Below are positions 43,451 through 57,074 of a stretch of 64,000 bases of DNA, in pieces. The notes under the pieces are model-generated. The model did no database searches. It was not told the DNA's origin and worked only from the letters and a program-made list of their open reading frames with translations. The DNA comes from Eledone cirrhosa (taxonomy: Eukaryota): positions 22,568,001 to 22,632,000 of the forward strand of contig OZ024762.1 in NCBI GenBank assembly GCA_964016885.1. The letters run 5' to 3'. The stretch's first letter is position 1. Each line of letters begins with the position of its first letter. Position numbers and translations under genes: made by a program.

Positions 43451-43950
43451 TATATGGCTGAATACAATGAATGTAATCTGAGTTTTTCGAATGTTAATAA
43501 TAAAATTGTATTCAGCCATGTAGAGCGAAATTTTTTTTTAATTTGAATTTGGTAAAGCCGACCATTGATCGCTCGTATACAGGAAACTGACTGGCCAGTC
43601 TGCTGATATGCAAATCTGGCTGATCAGTGGATCTGCTAATATGCAGATTTGACTGATCAGCCAGTCTATTAATATGCAAATCAAGCCGATCAGTCACTGT
43701 GTATTCTTGAAAATAGCATATATTTTCACTAGCTCTGACAATTGGCAGGTGAACAGTGAACTGTACTGATGAAGGGTGATACCCAGAAACATTAGTGTCT
43801 GCAGTTTTGTTTACATGCCAACATAAGAGCAAGAATGAAGGGTTCATTCTACTGACATGGCTTTAAAATTGAGATTGTTTGCATAATTGCAAACGAATCG
43901 AATGTTATTATCGATAAAATTCAGATTACATTTATTGTATTCAGCCATGT
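43451..43950. mobile_element. ~500-bp TIR-bounded element (MITE-like) containing a hammerhead
   Basis: ATGGCTGAATACAATGAATGTAATCTGAGTTTT at the left and AAAATTCAGATTACATTTATTGTATTCAGCCAT at the right; TA flanks; an extra short TIR copy at 43505-43520. Confidence 0.65.
43759..43806 (+). ncRNA. Type I hammerhead ribozyme
   Basis: AACTGTA-CTGATGA-A GGGT GAT ACCC A-GAAA-CA TTAG TG-TC-TGCAGTT. Stem I is 7 bp and the GUC site is at 43797-43799. Confidence 0.78.
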
Positions 43951-43964
43951 AGATCGATGATTTA

Positions 43965-44245
43965 TATATATACATGCTAACATAAACACAAATACACACT
44001 GCAGAAATAATACTGATATCAGGAATATTCAGCCTGGCACAATGTGTATCAAAAGGGTGGCACAATATGTGAGAAAGCTGGCACCGTGAATTACTGGTAC
44101 AAACTGGCAAGAGGCATGTTAAAATATACAGCAATGTAGAAAACGTATATATGCATATGAAAGAGCACTGGTGGAATATTCAGAGTCAAAACCCCTGTAA
44201 AATGCAGGCATAATAGACCAGATATAATGATATGGGACAGGGAAG
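43965..44245 (+). mobile_element. Degenerate R4/Dong-type LINE fragment
   Basis: TGGTGGAATATTC...AAATGCAGGCATAATAGACCAGATATAATGATATGGGACAGGG parallels 44563-44636. Confidence 0.7.
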
Positions 44246-44376
44246 GGCTTACAAAGTGCCCAAGTAATACGGTATGTCAATACAGTGCCCTTACGACTCT
44301 ATCAGGGGTTACGTGACTATACATACATACATACATACATACATACATACATACATACATACATACATACATACAT

Positions 44377-45165
44377 CGAATATGTCAACCTTGTCATAAA
44401 CAGCTGTCCAAAGATGTCATCGCGGTACTAGTTACCTATGAGGCATGATGTAGTGGCCAAAACACTGTACAATGCAGTTCGTAAAAAAGAAAGCCTCGAT
44501 AATAAACACATAAAAAGCTACACAATATGGAAGACATCCATATACATAATATGAAGGAGTACTGGTGGAATGTTCCAGTAAAAACCCCAATAAAATGCAG
44601 GCATACCAGACCAGATATTATGATATGGGACAGGGAGAAGAAAACATGCACAGTAGTGGAAGTTAGCTGCCCAGCAGATGCCAATATAATATCAAAGATT
44701 ATGGAAAAGGAGAATATTTATGCAGAACTGATGAGAATCTGCAGATACTCCAGCCTGATTACACGTTCAGATTTATGCCTGTGATTATTGGGGCACTGGG
44801 GTATGTTAGTAACTGCCTCAATACAAATCTTGAGAAGTTAGGCTTCACAGGAACAGAAAGAACACAACTAGTTAGGAAACTACAAGTACAATCCATTAAT
44901 GGAACAGTAAAAATATGTAAAACATTCCAAATATTCTGCATCTAATAACTGCATATACACATGTACAGATACAAAGCGTATACACATGCACACATACAGC
45001 TCAAAACATCCATATCCACACATACAATAACATCCATACCTGCACGTGCATGCATGCATACATATCTACCTAGTTGATGTTGTGTCAATTCCAATTAAAG
45101 AGTCTTGTGTCTATGTTAGAAACCGACTCTCGGCTTATTAGTAAATATTTATTAAACCATAAGAA
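44377..45165 (+). mobile_element. R4/Dong-type LINE 3' end (restriction-like endonuclease domain plus 3' UTR)
   Basis: SCPKMSSRY.LPMRHDVVAKTLY, YWWNVPVKTPIKCRHTRPDIMIWDREKKTCTVVEVSCP and FMPVIIGALG...VKICKTF; sits in (TACA)n. Confidence 0.88.
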
Positions 45166-46358
45166 CACACACACATACATACATATATACACATATAAAT
45201 ACATATACCCATAAATACATAAATATTTAAATACAGACATGCACACATACATACCTGCATACACATATACCTACTTATATATATGCAAACATATATCCAT
45301 ACATGCATACATATATGCAGTTATACATGCATGCATATATGGAGATATTCATACATACATGCACATATACATACATACATACATACATATATATGCATAC
45401 ATATATATCCATATATATGCATACATTTATCCATATATACAAGCATATATGTATTTATACATAAATACATACCTACATGCATGCATAGATGCATATATAC
45501 ATACATGCATAAATAGATATACACACACATATATAAACACATATACACACACATGCATATATACACACATACATACACACATACATACATTAATACATAC
45601 ATACATACACACATACATACAAACATATATAGATACATACATATACATATACATAAATCCATACTTACTTAATACAGACAGACAGGTTTCTACTGTTAGC
45701 AAATTCCCAAAGTACATATTCTGTTTATTTATTATAATTTTCTATGACTGTAATTCACAAAAGGCAAACACAAGCAGATTTATATTTACAAAACATTCGC
45801 TTTTCTTACATATTGATTCAGTTCGGTTTAATTTTCCCTCTCATTTTCCAATAAACATCAATATCCACCAGATCTTGATTCACTTTTGCAACAAACCTAC
45901 CAGAAAGTTCTTTATGTACGTTAAGATGTATTATGTAATATATACATACATATATATATATATATTTTTTTTTTCTTTGCCTTCTGATTTTATTTGGATC
46001 AAATATATATATATATATAATGTAGGAGGTGAGTTTTATTGTAGTACAATAAAGCAATGCAGATATCGGAATAAGAAGAACTCTACAGTTGGTAAAACAA
46101 TATATTTTTCTCAGTTATAAAAGCTATCTCTCTCTCTCTATCAGCCATCTCTCCTCCTATCTCATCCTTCCTCATTATACTCCTCACCCTCCACTTTTTA
46201 CTCTCATCTCCTCCTCTTTTTCATCCTTTCCAACCCCCTCCCCCCTCAACATTTTTTTTTTTCCCCCAATATCACACATCAATCTAAAACTACTTTTCAT
46301 ATGTTGATTTAAAACTACACTATCCACAAGTGTTTTTAACCTTCATATCATGTCCTCC

Positions 46359-46429
46359 TATTTTAACTGATGAAAACACAAATGTTATTGCATGAGGATA
46401 TTTGTTTTTGAAATGCGCATAATAAAATA
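46359..46429 (+). ncRNA. Type I hammerhead with long stem II and palindromic stem III
   Basis: TATTTTAA-CTGATGA(46367)-AAACACAAATGTT..GATATTTGTTTTT-GAAA-TGCGCA-TA-ATAAAATA. Confidence 0.68.
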
Positions 46430-46459
46430 CATGGAACTCATTTAACCATCTTTTGATCT

Positions 46460-46644
<185 letters not shown>

Positions 46645-46689
46645 AAAGGTAAACAGAAATAACAACACAATCGGTACAGTATATGGAAG

Positions 46690-46980
46690 GCATATATTAG
46701 GTTAACGCTTGATACAGCAGGAAGAGGGTCTTAAAATTTCGGACCGCTAGTCCTTCAACAGAAGAAAGAATTAGAAATAAGATAGATTGAGGAGACGAAG
46801 GCCTTTTGATGGATAAAAGGCCTCGGGCGTGATACGGATCGGTGTCCTGTTATAAGTGCCGAAAAATCTAAGATCCGTAGTCAACAGCTGATGAAGGGGT
46901 ACTTTTTTTCTCTTCTTTACGTCCCTATTACATTCTTACATTTTGTTTTCAGTAACCACACAGCCTGCATCTTTACCTGC

Positions 46981-46985
<5 letters not shown>
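46690..46985. mobile_element. Penelope-pLTR-like repeat with degenerate hammerhead motifs
   Basis: Minus 46765-46727 reads TCTT-CTGTTGA-A GGAC TAGCG GTCC-GAAA-TTTTA-AGA. The plus strand has a TACGGATC/GATCCGTA stem and CTGATGAAGGGG. Confidence 0.45.
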
Positions 46986-47050
<65 letters not shown>

Positions 47051-47059
47051 TATAGTAAT

Positions 47060-47249
47060 AATAATTGTATCTACTTTTGGCACAAGGCCAGGAATTATTA
47101 GTTCATTACTGGTACTTTATTTTATCGACCCCGTAAGGATGAATGGCAAAGTCAACCTCGGCGGCATTTGAACTCAGATCGTAAAGGGACGTAACTATGC
47201 TGGAATGCATGGCGTCTGACCCTCTACCGATACTGCCAATCCACCGCCT
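47060..47249 (-). mobile_element. SINE family A, full length
   Basis: Reverse complement of the 9121 copy. Confidence 0.9.
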
Positions 47250-47252
47250 ATT

Positions 47253-47299
<47 letters not shown>

Positions 47300-47614
47300 T
47301 GTGAAGACTGAAATCTGAAGAGGGCTCGCTAAGGATAATACGTATATAAATATATATAAAAACGGTAGAGCTAATATTTATTAAAACAACAGATTAAAGT
47401 TTAAGCACAGATCGGCGCTTCACCCTTTCAGAAGATTACAAGATATCGTTTAAGGTAATCCAGCTAGAATATATGAGTAAGCTGTACCGAGGAAAGTTTT
47501 AACGATCAGCGTTGTTTGACTCAACCAGAAGTTTCTTTAGTCGGGTGGTCAGTTTAAGAAAGCTCCTAGGCAGGCGGTTCTTGGAGATATAATAGTAAAA
47601 GAATGAAAAATACA

Positions 47615-47832
47615 ATGGACACACTAGAAGAGGAATACCAAGGTTAACGTATGTTGATGCCCTAAGGACAGACACTGGTCCTACTGGAAGAGGAAGACCA
47701 AGGTTAACATATGCTGATGCCCTAAGGACAGACACTGGTCTGTTGGAGACGCAGGACATGGCAACGATAATGAGGGACAGAGACCGCTGAAGAGAACTCG
47801 TCCATGGATCTCGGGAATTTTACCCGCCTTAG
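47615..47832 (+). mobile_element. RTE family 1 3' fragment with an internal ~60-bp duplication
   Basis: Matches 40218-40375; AGAGGA..ACCAAGGTTAAC.TATG.TGATGCCCTAAGGACAGACACTGGTC occurs twice. Confidence 0.88.
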
Positions 47833-47992
47833 ATATATATATATATATATATATGAAAGACGTAAAATAAGAAAATTATAAAAATTAACTTACTTACTAA
47901 AATTTCACTCCAACAAAGTTACTAAGACAAAACCTATATATTTGCTAGCATAGGTATGCATCTGTATACATATGTTGGTAGATTTACTAATT

Positions 47993-48034
<42 letters not shown>

Positions 48035-48228
48035 ATACTTGGGGAGGGTCATATTTGTGTAATATTGCCAGAATTAATAACAGAACACACTCACTGTTTG
48101 GTTAGTTTTCGCTTCTCGCTGTCTTTTATATCGGTAATCTAACTTACTCGGTCCTCAATGTTGCCATTGACTGACCGACGGTAAAAAATAATACAGATAC
48201 AATATAGACACAAACACATATATAATTT

Positions 48229-48270
48229 ATCATAAATCTTTCGTTGCACATCTGCAACATCGTCAGTGGT
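48229..48270 (-). ncRNA. Minimal hammerhead within a pLTR-like repeat (48030-48560)
   Basis: Minus strand: ACCA-CTGACGA-T GTTGCA GATG TGCAAC-GAAA-GATT-TA-TGAT. Stem II is perfect; stems I and III are weak. Confidence 0.55.
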
Positions 48271-48582
48271 GCTCTCTTTTCCTCCTGTTGTAAAAACCTC
48301 ACAAAACTAATTCATCGACGCTATATATATGTCAACCTTCGCCTCCCTTCTGTGGTCGCTGTATCCCGTCTTAATTTCTCCTTTCGCTTCTCGAGAATTA
48401 TTCACTTGATACATTGAGGTCAAGAAACAGTCCACTAACTGAGGGGTCTCTTGATAAACCTTATTAACCTCACAGCGATGATGCACTTGTATAGTGCATT
48501 TGCTAAAAAGCGATTCGGCGAAACTGCAGTCGGGTCTGCAGAAAAAGATAGGTATATTTTTGTCAATTATTTCCTCGTATTT

Positions 48583-48707
<125 letters not shown>

Positions 48708-48809
48708 ATATATATATATAATATATATATGACGGACAGGTCAGGAAATAGTCCACTACTACTTGAGTGGTTCACCGAAAGAGTCGACAGCCTCACAGTA
48801 CGGGCCCAG

Positions 48810-48848
<39 letters not shown>

Positions 48849-48850
<2 letters not shown>

Positions 48851-49010
48851 TCTGAATTTGCGTTACGTTTCGCTTTTTCTATTCGCCGAAATGCGATTCT
48901 CGCTGAATATATATTTATATATATATATATATATATACAAATAAATATAAATTCAGCGAGAATCGCATTTCGGCGAATAGAAAAAGCGAAACGTAACGCA
49001 AATTCAGAGT
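48849..49010. repeat. Perfect 60-bp inverted repeat around an AT-rich spacer
   Basis: 48849-48908 is the exact reverse complement of 48951-49010; 21 bp of the arm also occurs at 3894-3914. Confidence 0.92.
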
Positions 49011-49026
49011 CATGCTGGCAATATAA

Positions 49027-49077
<51 letters not shown>

Positions 49078-49327
49078 TTACAACAGTGACATATACAGGT
49101 ACTTAAGTTTCGTTGTGTTATAAGCACCAACTTATTCAGCCTGTTATATAAAAAGAAAATGACTAACTCAATTGAATGTGAGGTTTTTAGAAAATACGCG
49201 AGAGTTCTTTAAAGACAGGTAATTTAGAATGTGTGTGTATGTGTGTGTATGTGTGAGCGTGTGTGTGTGGTTTTCTTGTTTGTGTGTGTGTGTGTGTATG
49301 TGTGTGTGTGTATACATATACATACAG

Positions 49328-49377
<50 letters not shown>

Positions 49378-49959
49378 TCTTCTTCTAAGGAAAAACATTC
49401 AAAAACGAAACAGCTGCAAAGAATGCCCTCGAAGAATTTATGTTCTACAGATTGTCAGAATTCTGACAGTGGAATGAATAATGTGGTAGGAATTTGGCAA
49501 ATATAAAGTTTATTCTAGCTTGAAATGTGTTGTTAGGATTCTAATGTCTAAAATTCTGCATTAATTTCTGAACAACTTTATACTAAATCTGATATTTAGT
49601 ACTACGAGCCCTCGATATATAAATGTAGAGCCAATTTCTATATTTTGATACAGAGTAAGAGCCATTCCATCTCGTAAGGCTTACACCTGTGGCTGGCCAG
49701 CTCAGCGCCTATGGAGTAAGTAGGGAGGTAGCCCTGGGGCCAAGGACACCAGAAGTTTCCACTGCTAAGGGCATGACCGCAAACCTGTCGGAGAGCGACC
49801 GGTACTTGGAGATCTTTTCCTCCGAAGCCCGAAGTGCAGCAGAACATGGGTTAGTTGCAGACTGCACCAAGTTGCGGCTGGAGAAAGGGTCGCTGCAAGT
49901 GGCATCCCAAACGAGGGGTTTGCCATCGCGAAACGGGAAGATAATTATACCGTCTCTCA

Positions 49960-50590
49960 GACCTCATTCACTTGCCGAGTGGGCTGAATCTCGTCAAATC
50001 GGACCAGGGTGTCAATGTTTCCATTGGTATTTCCATTGCTGATATACTGTCAAACTTTCGCATCTCCTGACAGAAGGAGAAACGGGAAATAAAGGATTTC
50101 AATCAAGGACACATCACATCACCCAGTCCGAGAATTGGACTCACATCGCAACCTCACGATTGCGAATCGAAATCTCTAACCACCAAGCTACGTACTTTCA
50201 CTAACAACCCAGTAAGTACTAACAACACCAACAACACAGTACTAACAACACCAACAGCACACTACTAACAAAACCAACAACACATTACCCAGTCCTAGAA
50301 TTGAACTCACATCGCAACCTCACGATTGCGAATCTAAATCTCTAACCACTCAGCCACGTACTTTCACTAACAACGCAGTAAGTACTAACAACAACAACAC
50401 ACTAAGCACTAACAACCCAGTACTAACAACACCAACGACACACTACTAACAACACCAACAACACAGTACTAACAATCCCAACAACACACTACTAACAACA
50501 CCAACAACACATCACCCTGTCCGAGAATTGAACTCACATCGCAACCTCACGATTGCAACCCTAAAGCTCTAACCACTCAACCACACGCCT
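49960..50590 (-). mobile_element. SINE family B: one full copy (49960-50193) plus two extra tRNA-like heads separated by (AAC)-rich repeats
   Basis: Reverse complement has TGGTTAGAG...GAGTTCAATTCT heads and the body TATCAGCAATGGAAATACCAATGGAAACATTG...GGTCCGATTTGACG. Confidence 0.7.
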
Positions 50591-50832
50591 TCACCTTATT
50601 GATAATTATATGTTACTAACAAAAAAAACCACCCTTCAGGTGGTTTTCTGCTAGCAAGTGTAGTGTGTATATTGATATTATACCCAAGTATATATACATG
50701 TAGATATGATACATCAAATAAAATCGTAATTGACAATATACACATAAATTGAACGAAGACTCCGTTACACTGTCTTATGTAATCAGTAAAGTAATCCATG
50801 ATACATTAAATAAGACGATATTATATATAAAC

Positions 50833-51573
50833 TGCTTTCCAGCATAGTTACGTCCCTTTAAGATCTGAGGTCAAATCCCGCCGAGGTTGACTTTGCCTTT
50901 CATCCTTACGGGGTCGATAAAATAAAGTACCAGTAATGCACTGGGTAATTGCTGGCCTTGTGCCTAAAGTAGAAACAGATATTATATATAAACTGCATTA
51001 GGAGAAAATTAGTATGTTTATTTAAGCGATCGCCACCGGAAGTGTTGACATCACACACTCTCTCTTTCTATATATAGGGGTAGCTGAGGTGGCGACGATA
51101 TACCGGAAGTGTAACTTTGAAAAGAAGTCAATTTTAAATTATTTATTTTTACGAAATTTAGTAGATAACTTATGAAATATTCATTCATTATTTATGGTGG
51201 ATTGGCAGTATCAGTAAAGGGTCGGACCCCATGCTTTCCAGCATAGTTACGTCCCTTTACGATCTGAGTTCAAATCCCGCCGAGGTTGACTTTGCCTTTC
51301 ATCCTTACGGGTTCGATAAAATAAAGTACCAGTAATGCACTGGGATAATTGCTGGCCTTGTGCCAAAAGTAGAAACAATTATTTATGGAGGATTGGCAGT
51401 ATCGGTGGAGGGTCGGACGCCATGCTTTCCAGCATAGTTACGTCCCTTTACGATCTGAGTTCAAATCCCGCCGAGGTTGACTTTGCCTTTCATCCTTACG
51501 GGTTCGATAAAATAAAGTACCAGTAATGCACTGGTGAATTGCTGGCCTTGTGCCTAAAGTAGAAACAATTATT
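50833..51573 (+). mobile_element. Cluster of three SINE family A copies (50833-50980, 51196-51383, 51388-51573)
   Basis: Same B box and central domain; the last two copies are head-to-tail. Confidence 0.9.
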
Positions 51574-51812
51574 TATTCAAAGTAATCCAACTTATTTCAC
51601 AAACGGGATAAAAAAAATAAATAAACTGTACGCAGTCCCGCAGACCTTCCTTTATTATAGTTTAGATATAATAGTTAGATCACCTCCTTCAGGTCCGTGA
51701 CAATAGCAATTCTGTTATACGATAAGTTTATATACTTCTTAAGTTCAGGGAAAATAGGCTTTCTACTAGTAGATACGTTTCAGCGATTAACTAATATACA
51801 TTCATCAGTGTA

Positions 51813-51910
<98 letters not shown>

Positions 51911-52306
51911 TGTGTGTGTATATATATATATGTATATACATGATGTATATACACGATACATGAAACCGCATTAAATATCTCTTCATTATATCCAGTTCAA
52001 TCTTTCTTTTGTTTTTCATTTCCGCCATTGTTCAATGGTGACTTAATAGATAGATTTCATGATCCCTCTGTCTCTCTCTCTCTAACTCTCCCTTTCTCAC
52101 ACACGCACTCTCTCTGCGTCTCTACCTCTCTCTACTTCTCTCAATCCCTCTCTCTATCTCCCCATCTCCTTATCTATAGTTCTATAATACAGCTAAAATT
52201 CCCCTTCACCTATCTCATCCCATTATAGCACAAACCCACTACCCCACTCTTTTTCTCCACACGCAAACACTAACACACTTACAAACGCACAACAACACAC
52301 ACACAC

Positions 52307-52423
<117 letters not shown>

Positions 52424-52599
52424 TAGATAGATACGATCATAAACATTCTATTTCATGTATTAAGTTTCTTATGCTCGCTTTACATTCTGTGTGTGTTTGT
52501 ATATATATATATATATATAGATAGATAGATAGATATATCTATACCTGTATGTGTGTATATATGCATATATATATATACATATATATACATGTATGTATG

Positions 52600-52674
<75 letters not shown>

Positions 52675-52937
52675 ATGTATATATATATATATATGTGTGT
52701 GTACATATATATACATGTATATATATATATGTGTGTACATATATATACATATGTGTATGTATGTATATATATATATATATATAAATGTTATATATATATA
52801 TACACTTCATATTTTATTTCTTCCAACATAAGATTTGCGCTCCTCTCCTTTCAACAACCAAACATTCACTGACCACCCCACCCCGCACCTCTCTCTCTCT
52901 CTCCCTCCCATTTGCCTCTCATTATGTCACTTATTCG

Positions 52938-53015
<78 letters not shown>

Positions 53016-53131
53016 GTTTGACTTCTCGTTCTTTATCTTACATTCTCTCTCTCTTTCGGACCTCTCTCTCTCCCTTTCTCCCTCTCCATTCTCTCTCTCT
53101 CTCTTTCTGTCTTCTCATTCTTATCTCACAT

Positions 53132-53189
<58 letters not shown>

Positions 53190-53307
53190 TCTCTCTCTCT
53201 TGCATATCTCTCCTTATCTTACATTTCTCTCTCTCTCTCTTCTTATCTCACATATCCACTCTCTCCAGTTTCTCTCTCCATCTTACATTTTCTCTCTCTC
53301 TGTCTCC

Positions 53308-53344
<37 letters not shown>

Positions 53345-53690
53345 ATCCCCCACATATCCATCTCTCTCTCTCTCTCTATCTCTATCTATCTCTCAGTCTC
53401 TCTCATTCTATCTATCATCCAATATGGCGTCCCTCTCACTACGTTGTCTCTGATACACAGAATGTCTTTTCTTTTGATGGCGTTCCTCTATTATCGCCCC
53501 CCCCCCTTCTCTTTATCTTATCCGTACTTCTCTTTTATTACTTAAAGCCCAGATCCATGGCCATTCTTTTCAGGTTTTTTTCCTCCATGTATCTTTATTC
53601 TTTTTATTTTACCTCCGAACATCCATGGATAAGTATAATTCTTTTGTCTTAATAGTTTTCAGTATCTAATCTTCTATTGATGTGTGTGAG

Positions 53691-53725
<35 letters not shown>

Positions 53726-53784
53726 GTCAATTCTCCCTCTCTCTTTATATATATATATATATATATATATCAATCTTTCCTTCT

Positions 53785-53833
<49 letters not shown>

Positions 53834-53855
53834 ATATATATCAATCTCTCCCTCC

Positions 53856-53930
<75 letters not shown>

Positions 53931-54062
53931 TGTGGATGGATAGATAAATAGATACATGCATACATATATAGAAATACATATATATATAGCTTATGTATTA
54001 TATATTTCCGTGTATAAATGTAAAAGTATACGTACAAATCTCGTATGCGTGCAAACCTCTAT

Positions 54063-54117
<55 letters not shown>

Positions 54118-54139
54118 AATATATATATATATATATATT

Positions 54140-54177
<38 letters not shown>

Positions 54178-54207
54178 TCGTTAGTTTTGTTAGTTCTGTT
54201 TACGTTT

Positions 54208-54299
<92 letters not shown>

Positions 54300-54549
54300 T
54301 ATATATATGGAAATGCGTGTATTTGTGTGCGTTTTCATGGGTATATATGGGTATATGGGCGTGTGTATATATGTGTGCATGCTCGGGCGTATGTGTGTTT
54401 GAATTAACTAACAGCAGAAAGACCTTTGCTATATTTGTCACTTGCAAGTTTCAAACGTCATTGCAAGATTTGACGGTATCAGGAAAAGCATGGCGGAACG
54501 CGTTTATTCTCTCACTTTCTCATGTTTATAGGTAATTGCTATTGATCAA

Positions 54550-56640
54550 GGCGTGTGGCTTCGTGGTTAGAGAATTCAAGTCACAGTCGTGAGATTGTCA
54601 GTTCGATTCTCGAACCGGGCCATGTGTTACGTTCTTGAACAAGGCATTTTCTTTCTACGAGGTGCGACTGGTAGATAGTATTAGCAATGGAAAGACCAAT
54701 GGGAACATTGTTTCCTTGGTCCAATTTAACGGTCAGCTTATTTCTTCTGCCAGTTGTGATCGGTAGATAGATCCAACAATAAAAAAGACCAGTGGAAACA
54801 TTGTTTCCTTGGTCCAATTTAACGGTCAGATTCTTTGTTCTGCCAGTTGTGATCGGTAGATAGATCCAACAATAAAAAAGACCAGTGGAAACATTGTTTC
54901 CTTGGTCCAATTTAACGGTCAGATTCTTTGTTCTGTCAGTTGTGATCGGTAGATAGATCCAACAATAAAAAAGACCAGTGGAAACATTGTTTCGTTGGTC
55001 CAATTTAACGGTCAGCTTCTTTCTCCTGCCAGTTGTGATCGGTAGATAGATCCAACAATAAAAAAGACCAGTGGAAACATTGTTTCCTTGGTCCAATTTA
55101 ACGGTCAGCTTCTTTCTTCTGCCAGTTGTGATCGGTAGATAGATCCAACAATAAAAAAGACCAGTGGAAACATTGTTTCCTTGGTCCAATTTAACGGTCA
55201 GATTCTTTGTTCTGTCAGTTGTGATCGGTAGATAGATCCAACAATAAAAAAGACCAGTGGAAACATTGTTTCCTTGGTCCAATTTAACGGTCAGCTTATT
55301 TCTTCTGCCAGTTGTGATCAGTAGATAGATCCAACAATAAAAAAGACCAGTGGAAACATTGTTTCCTTGGTCCAATTTAACGGTCAGATTCTTTGTTCTG
55401 TCAGTTGTGATCGGTAGATAGATCCAACAATAAAAAAGACCAGTGGAAACATTGTTTCGTTGGTCCAATTTAACAGTCAGCTTATTTCTTCTGCCAGTTG
55501 TGATCGGTAGATAGATCTAACAATAAAAAAGACCAGTGGAAACATTGTTTCCTTGGTCCAATTTAACGGTCAGATTCTTTGTTCTGTCAGTTGTGATCGG
55601 TAGATAGATCCAACAATAAAAAAGACCAGTGGAAACATTGTTTCGTTGGTCCAATTTAACGGTCAGCTTCTTTCTCCTGCCAGTTGTGATCGGTAGATAG
55701 ATCCAACAATAAAAAAGACCAGTGGAAACATTGTTTCCTTGGTCCAATTTAACGGTCAGCTTCTTTCTTCTGCCAGTTGTGATCGGTAGATAGATCCAAC
55801 AATAAAAAAGACCAGTGGAAACATTGTTTCCTTGGTCCAATTTAACGGTCAGATTCTTTGTTCTGTCAGTTGTGATCGGTAGATAGATCCAACAATAAAA
55901 AAGACCAGTGGAAACATTGTTTCCTTGGTCCAATTTAACGGTCAGCTTATTTCTTCTGCCAGTTGTGATCAGTAGATAGATCCAACAATAAAAAAGACCA
56001 GTGGAAACATTGTTTCCTTGGTCCAATTTAACGGTCAGATTCTTTGTTCTGTCAGTTGTGATCGGTAGATAGATCCAACAATAAAAAAGACCAGTGGAAA
56101 CATTGTTTCGTTGGTCCAATTTAACGGTCAGCTTATTTCTTCTGCCAGTTGTGATCGGTAGATAGATCCAACAATAAAAAAGACCAGTGGAAACATTGTT
56201 TCCTTGGTCCAATTTAACGGTCAGATTCTTTGTTCTGTCAGTTGTGATCGGTAGATAGATCCAACAATAAAAAAGACCAGTGGAAACATTGTTTCGTTGG
56301 TCCAATTTAACGGTCAGCTTATTTCTTCTGCCAGTTGTGATCGGTAGATAGATCCAACAATAAAAAAGACCAGTAGAAACATTGTTTCCTTGGTCCAATT
56401 TAACGGTCAGCTTATTTCTCCTGCCAGTTGTGAACGGTAGATCGAGCCAGCAATAAAAAAAGACCAGTGGAAACATTGTTTCGTTGGTCCAATTTAACGG
56501 TCAGATTCTTTGTTCTGTCAGTTGTGACCGGTAGATAGTATCAGCAATAAAAAGACCAGTGGAAACATTGTTCCCTTGGTCCAATTTGACGAATCCCACT
56601 CTACTCTGTAAGAGAGTGAAATCTGGTATCTTGTCGATCG
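54550..56640 (+). repeat. 93-bp tandem satellite (~20 copies) expanded inside a SINE family B copy
   Basis: tRNA-like head at 54550-54650 (GTGGTTAGAG, AGTTCGATTCTC); measured period 93 (54773 to 54866); the SINE tail resumes at ~56585. Confidence 0.92.
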
Positions 56641-56737
56641 ACATTCGCGTAAGGGAGAAGCTTCAACGCCCCCTGTGTAGTTATTTGTTAACTGTATATG
56701 GATATTTTAATCTCTTATTAATATCTATCTGTGAAGA

Positions 56738-56980
56738 TGCGTGGCTTACTGGTTAGAGAATTGGAGTCGCAGTCATGTGGTTGTTAGTTCGATTCCCACG
56801 CCGGGTATGCGTTATGTCTTTGTGCAAGACACTGTGTTTCACATTGCTCCTTCGGTCAGGAGTTGCAACCTGGATTTATTTTCAACAATTGGAAACAAAC
56901 CAATGGAAACATTGTTTCCTTGGTCCAATTTGACGTGGTCCACCCTACTCAGTAAGTGAATGAGGTCTGATATCGTGCCG
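56738..56980 (+). mobile_element. SINE family B, unexpanded copy
   Basis: Head TGGTTAGAG...AGTTCGATTCCC, a single CCAATGGAAACATTGTTTCCTTGGTCCAATTTGACG unit, and tail CTACTCAGTAAGTGAATGAGG. Confidence 0.78.
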
Positions 56981-57074
56981 TTAATGGTGAATGATTAGAG
57001 TCATAAGACAGAGGCTAAAAAATACACATCGACAAAAGAGAAAATGCTTGTTAAAGATACTTTCAGATCGTTAC

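Noticed and set aside
45670-45935. Possible L1/Tx1 C-terminal remnant on the minus strand
   Set aside because: Multiple stops and no diagnostic motif recognised.
54581-56476. 31-aa repeat protein gene on the minus strand
   Set aside because: The period of 93 bp is a multiple of 3, the unit derives from a SINE body, and a stop interrupts it at ~55517; there is no evidence of coding constraint.
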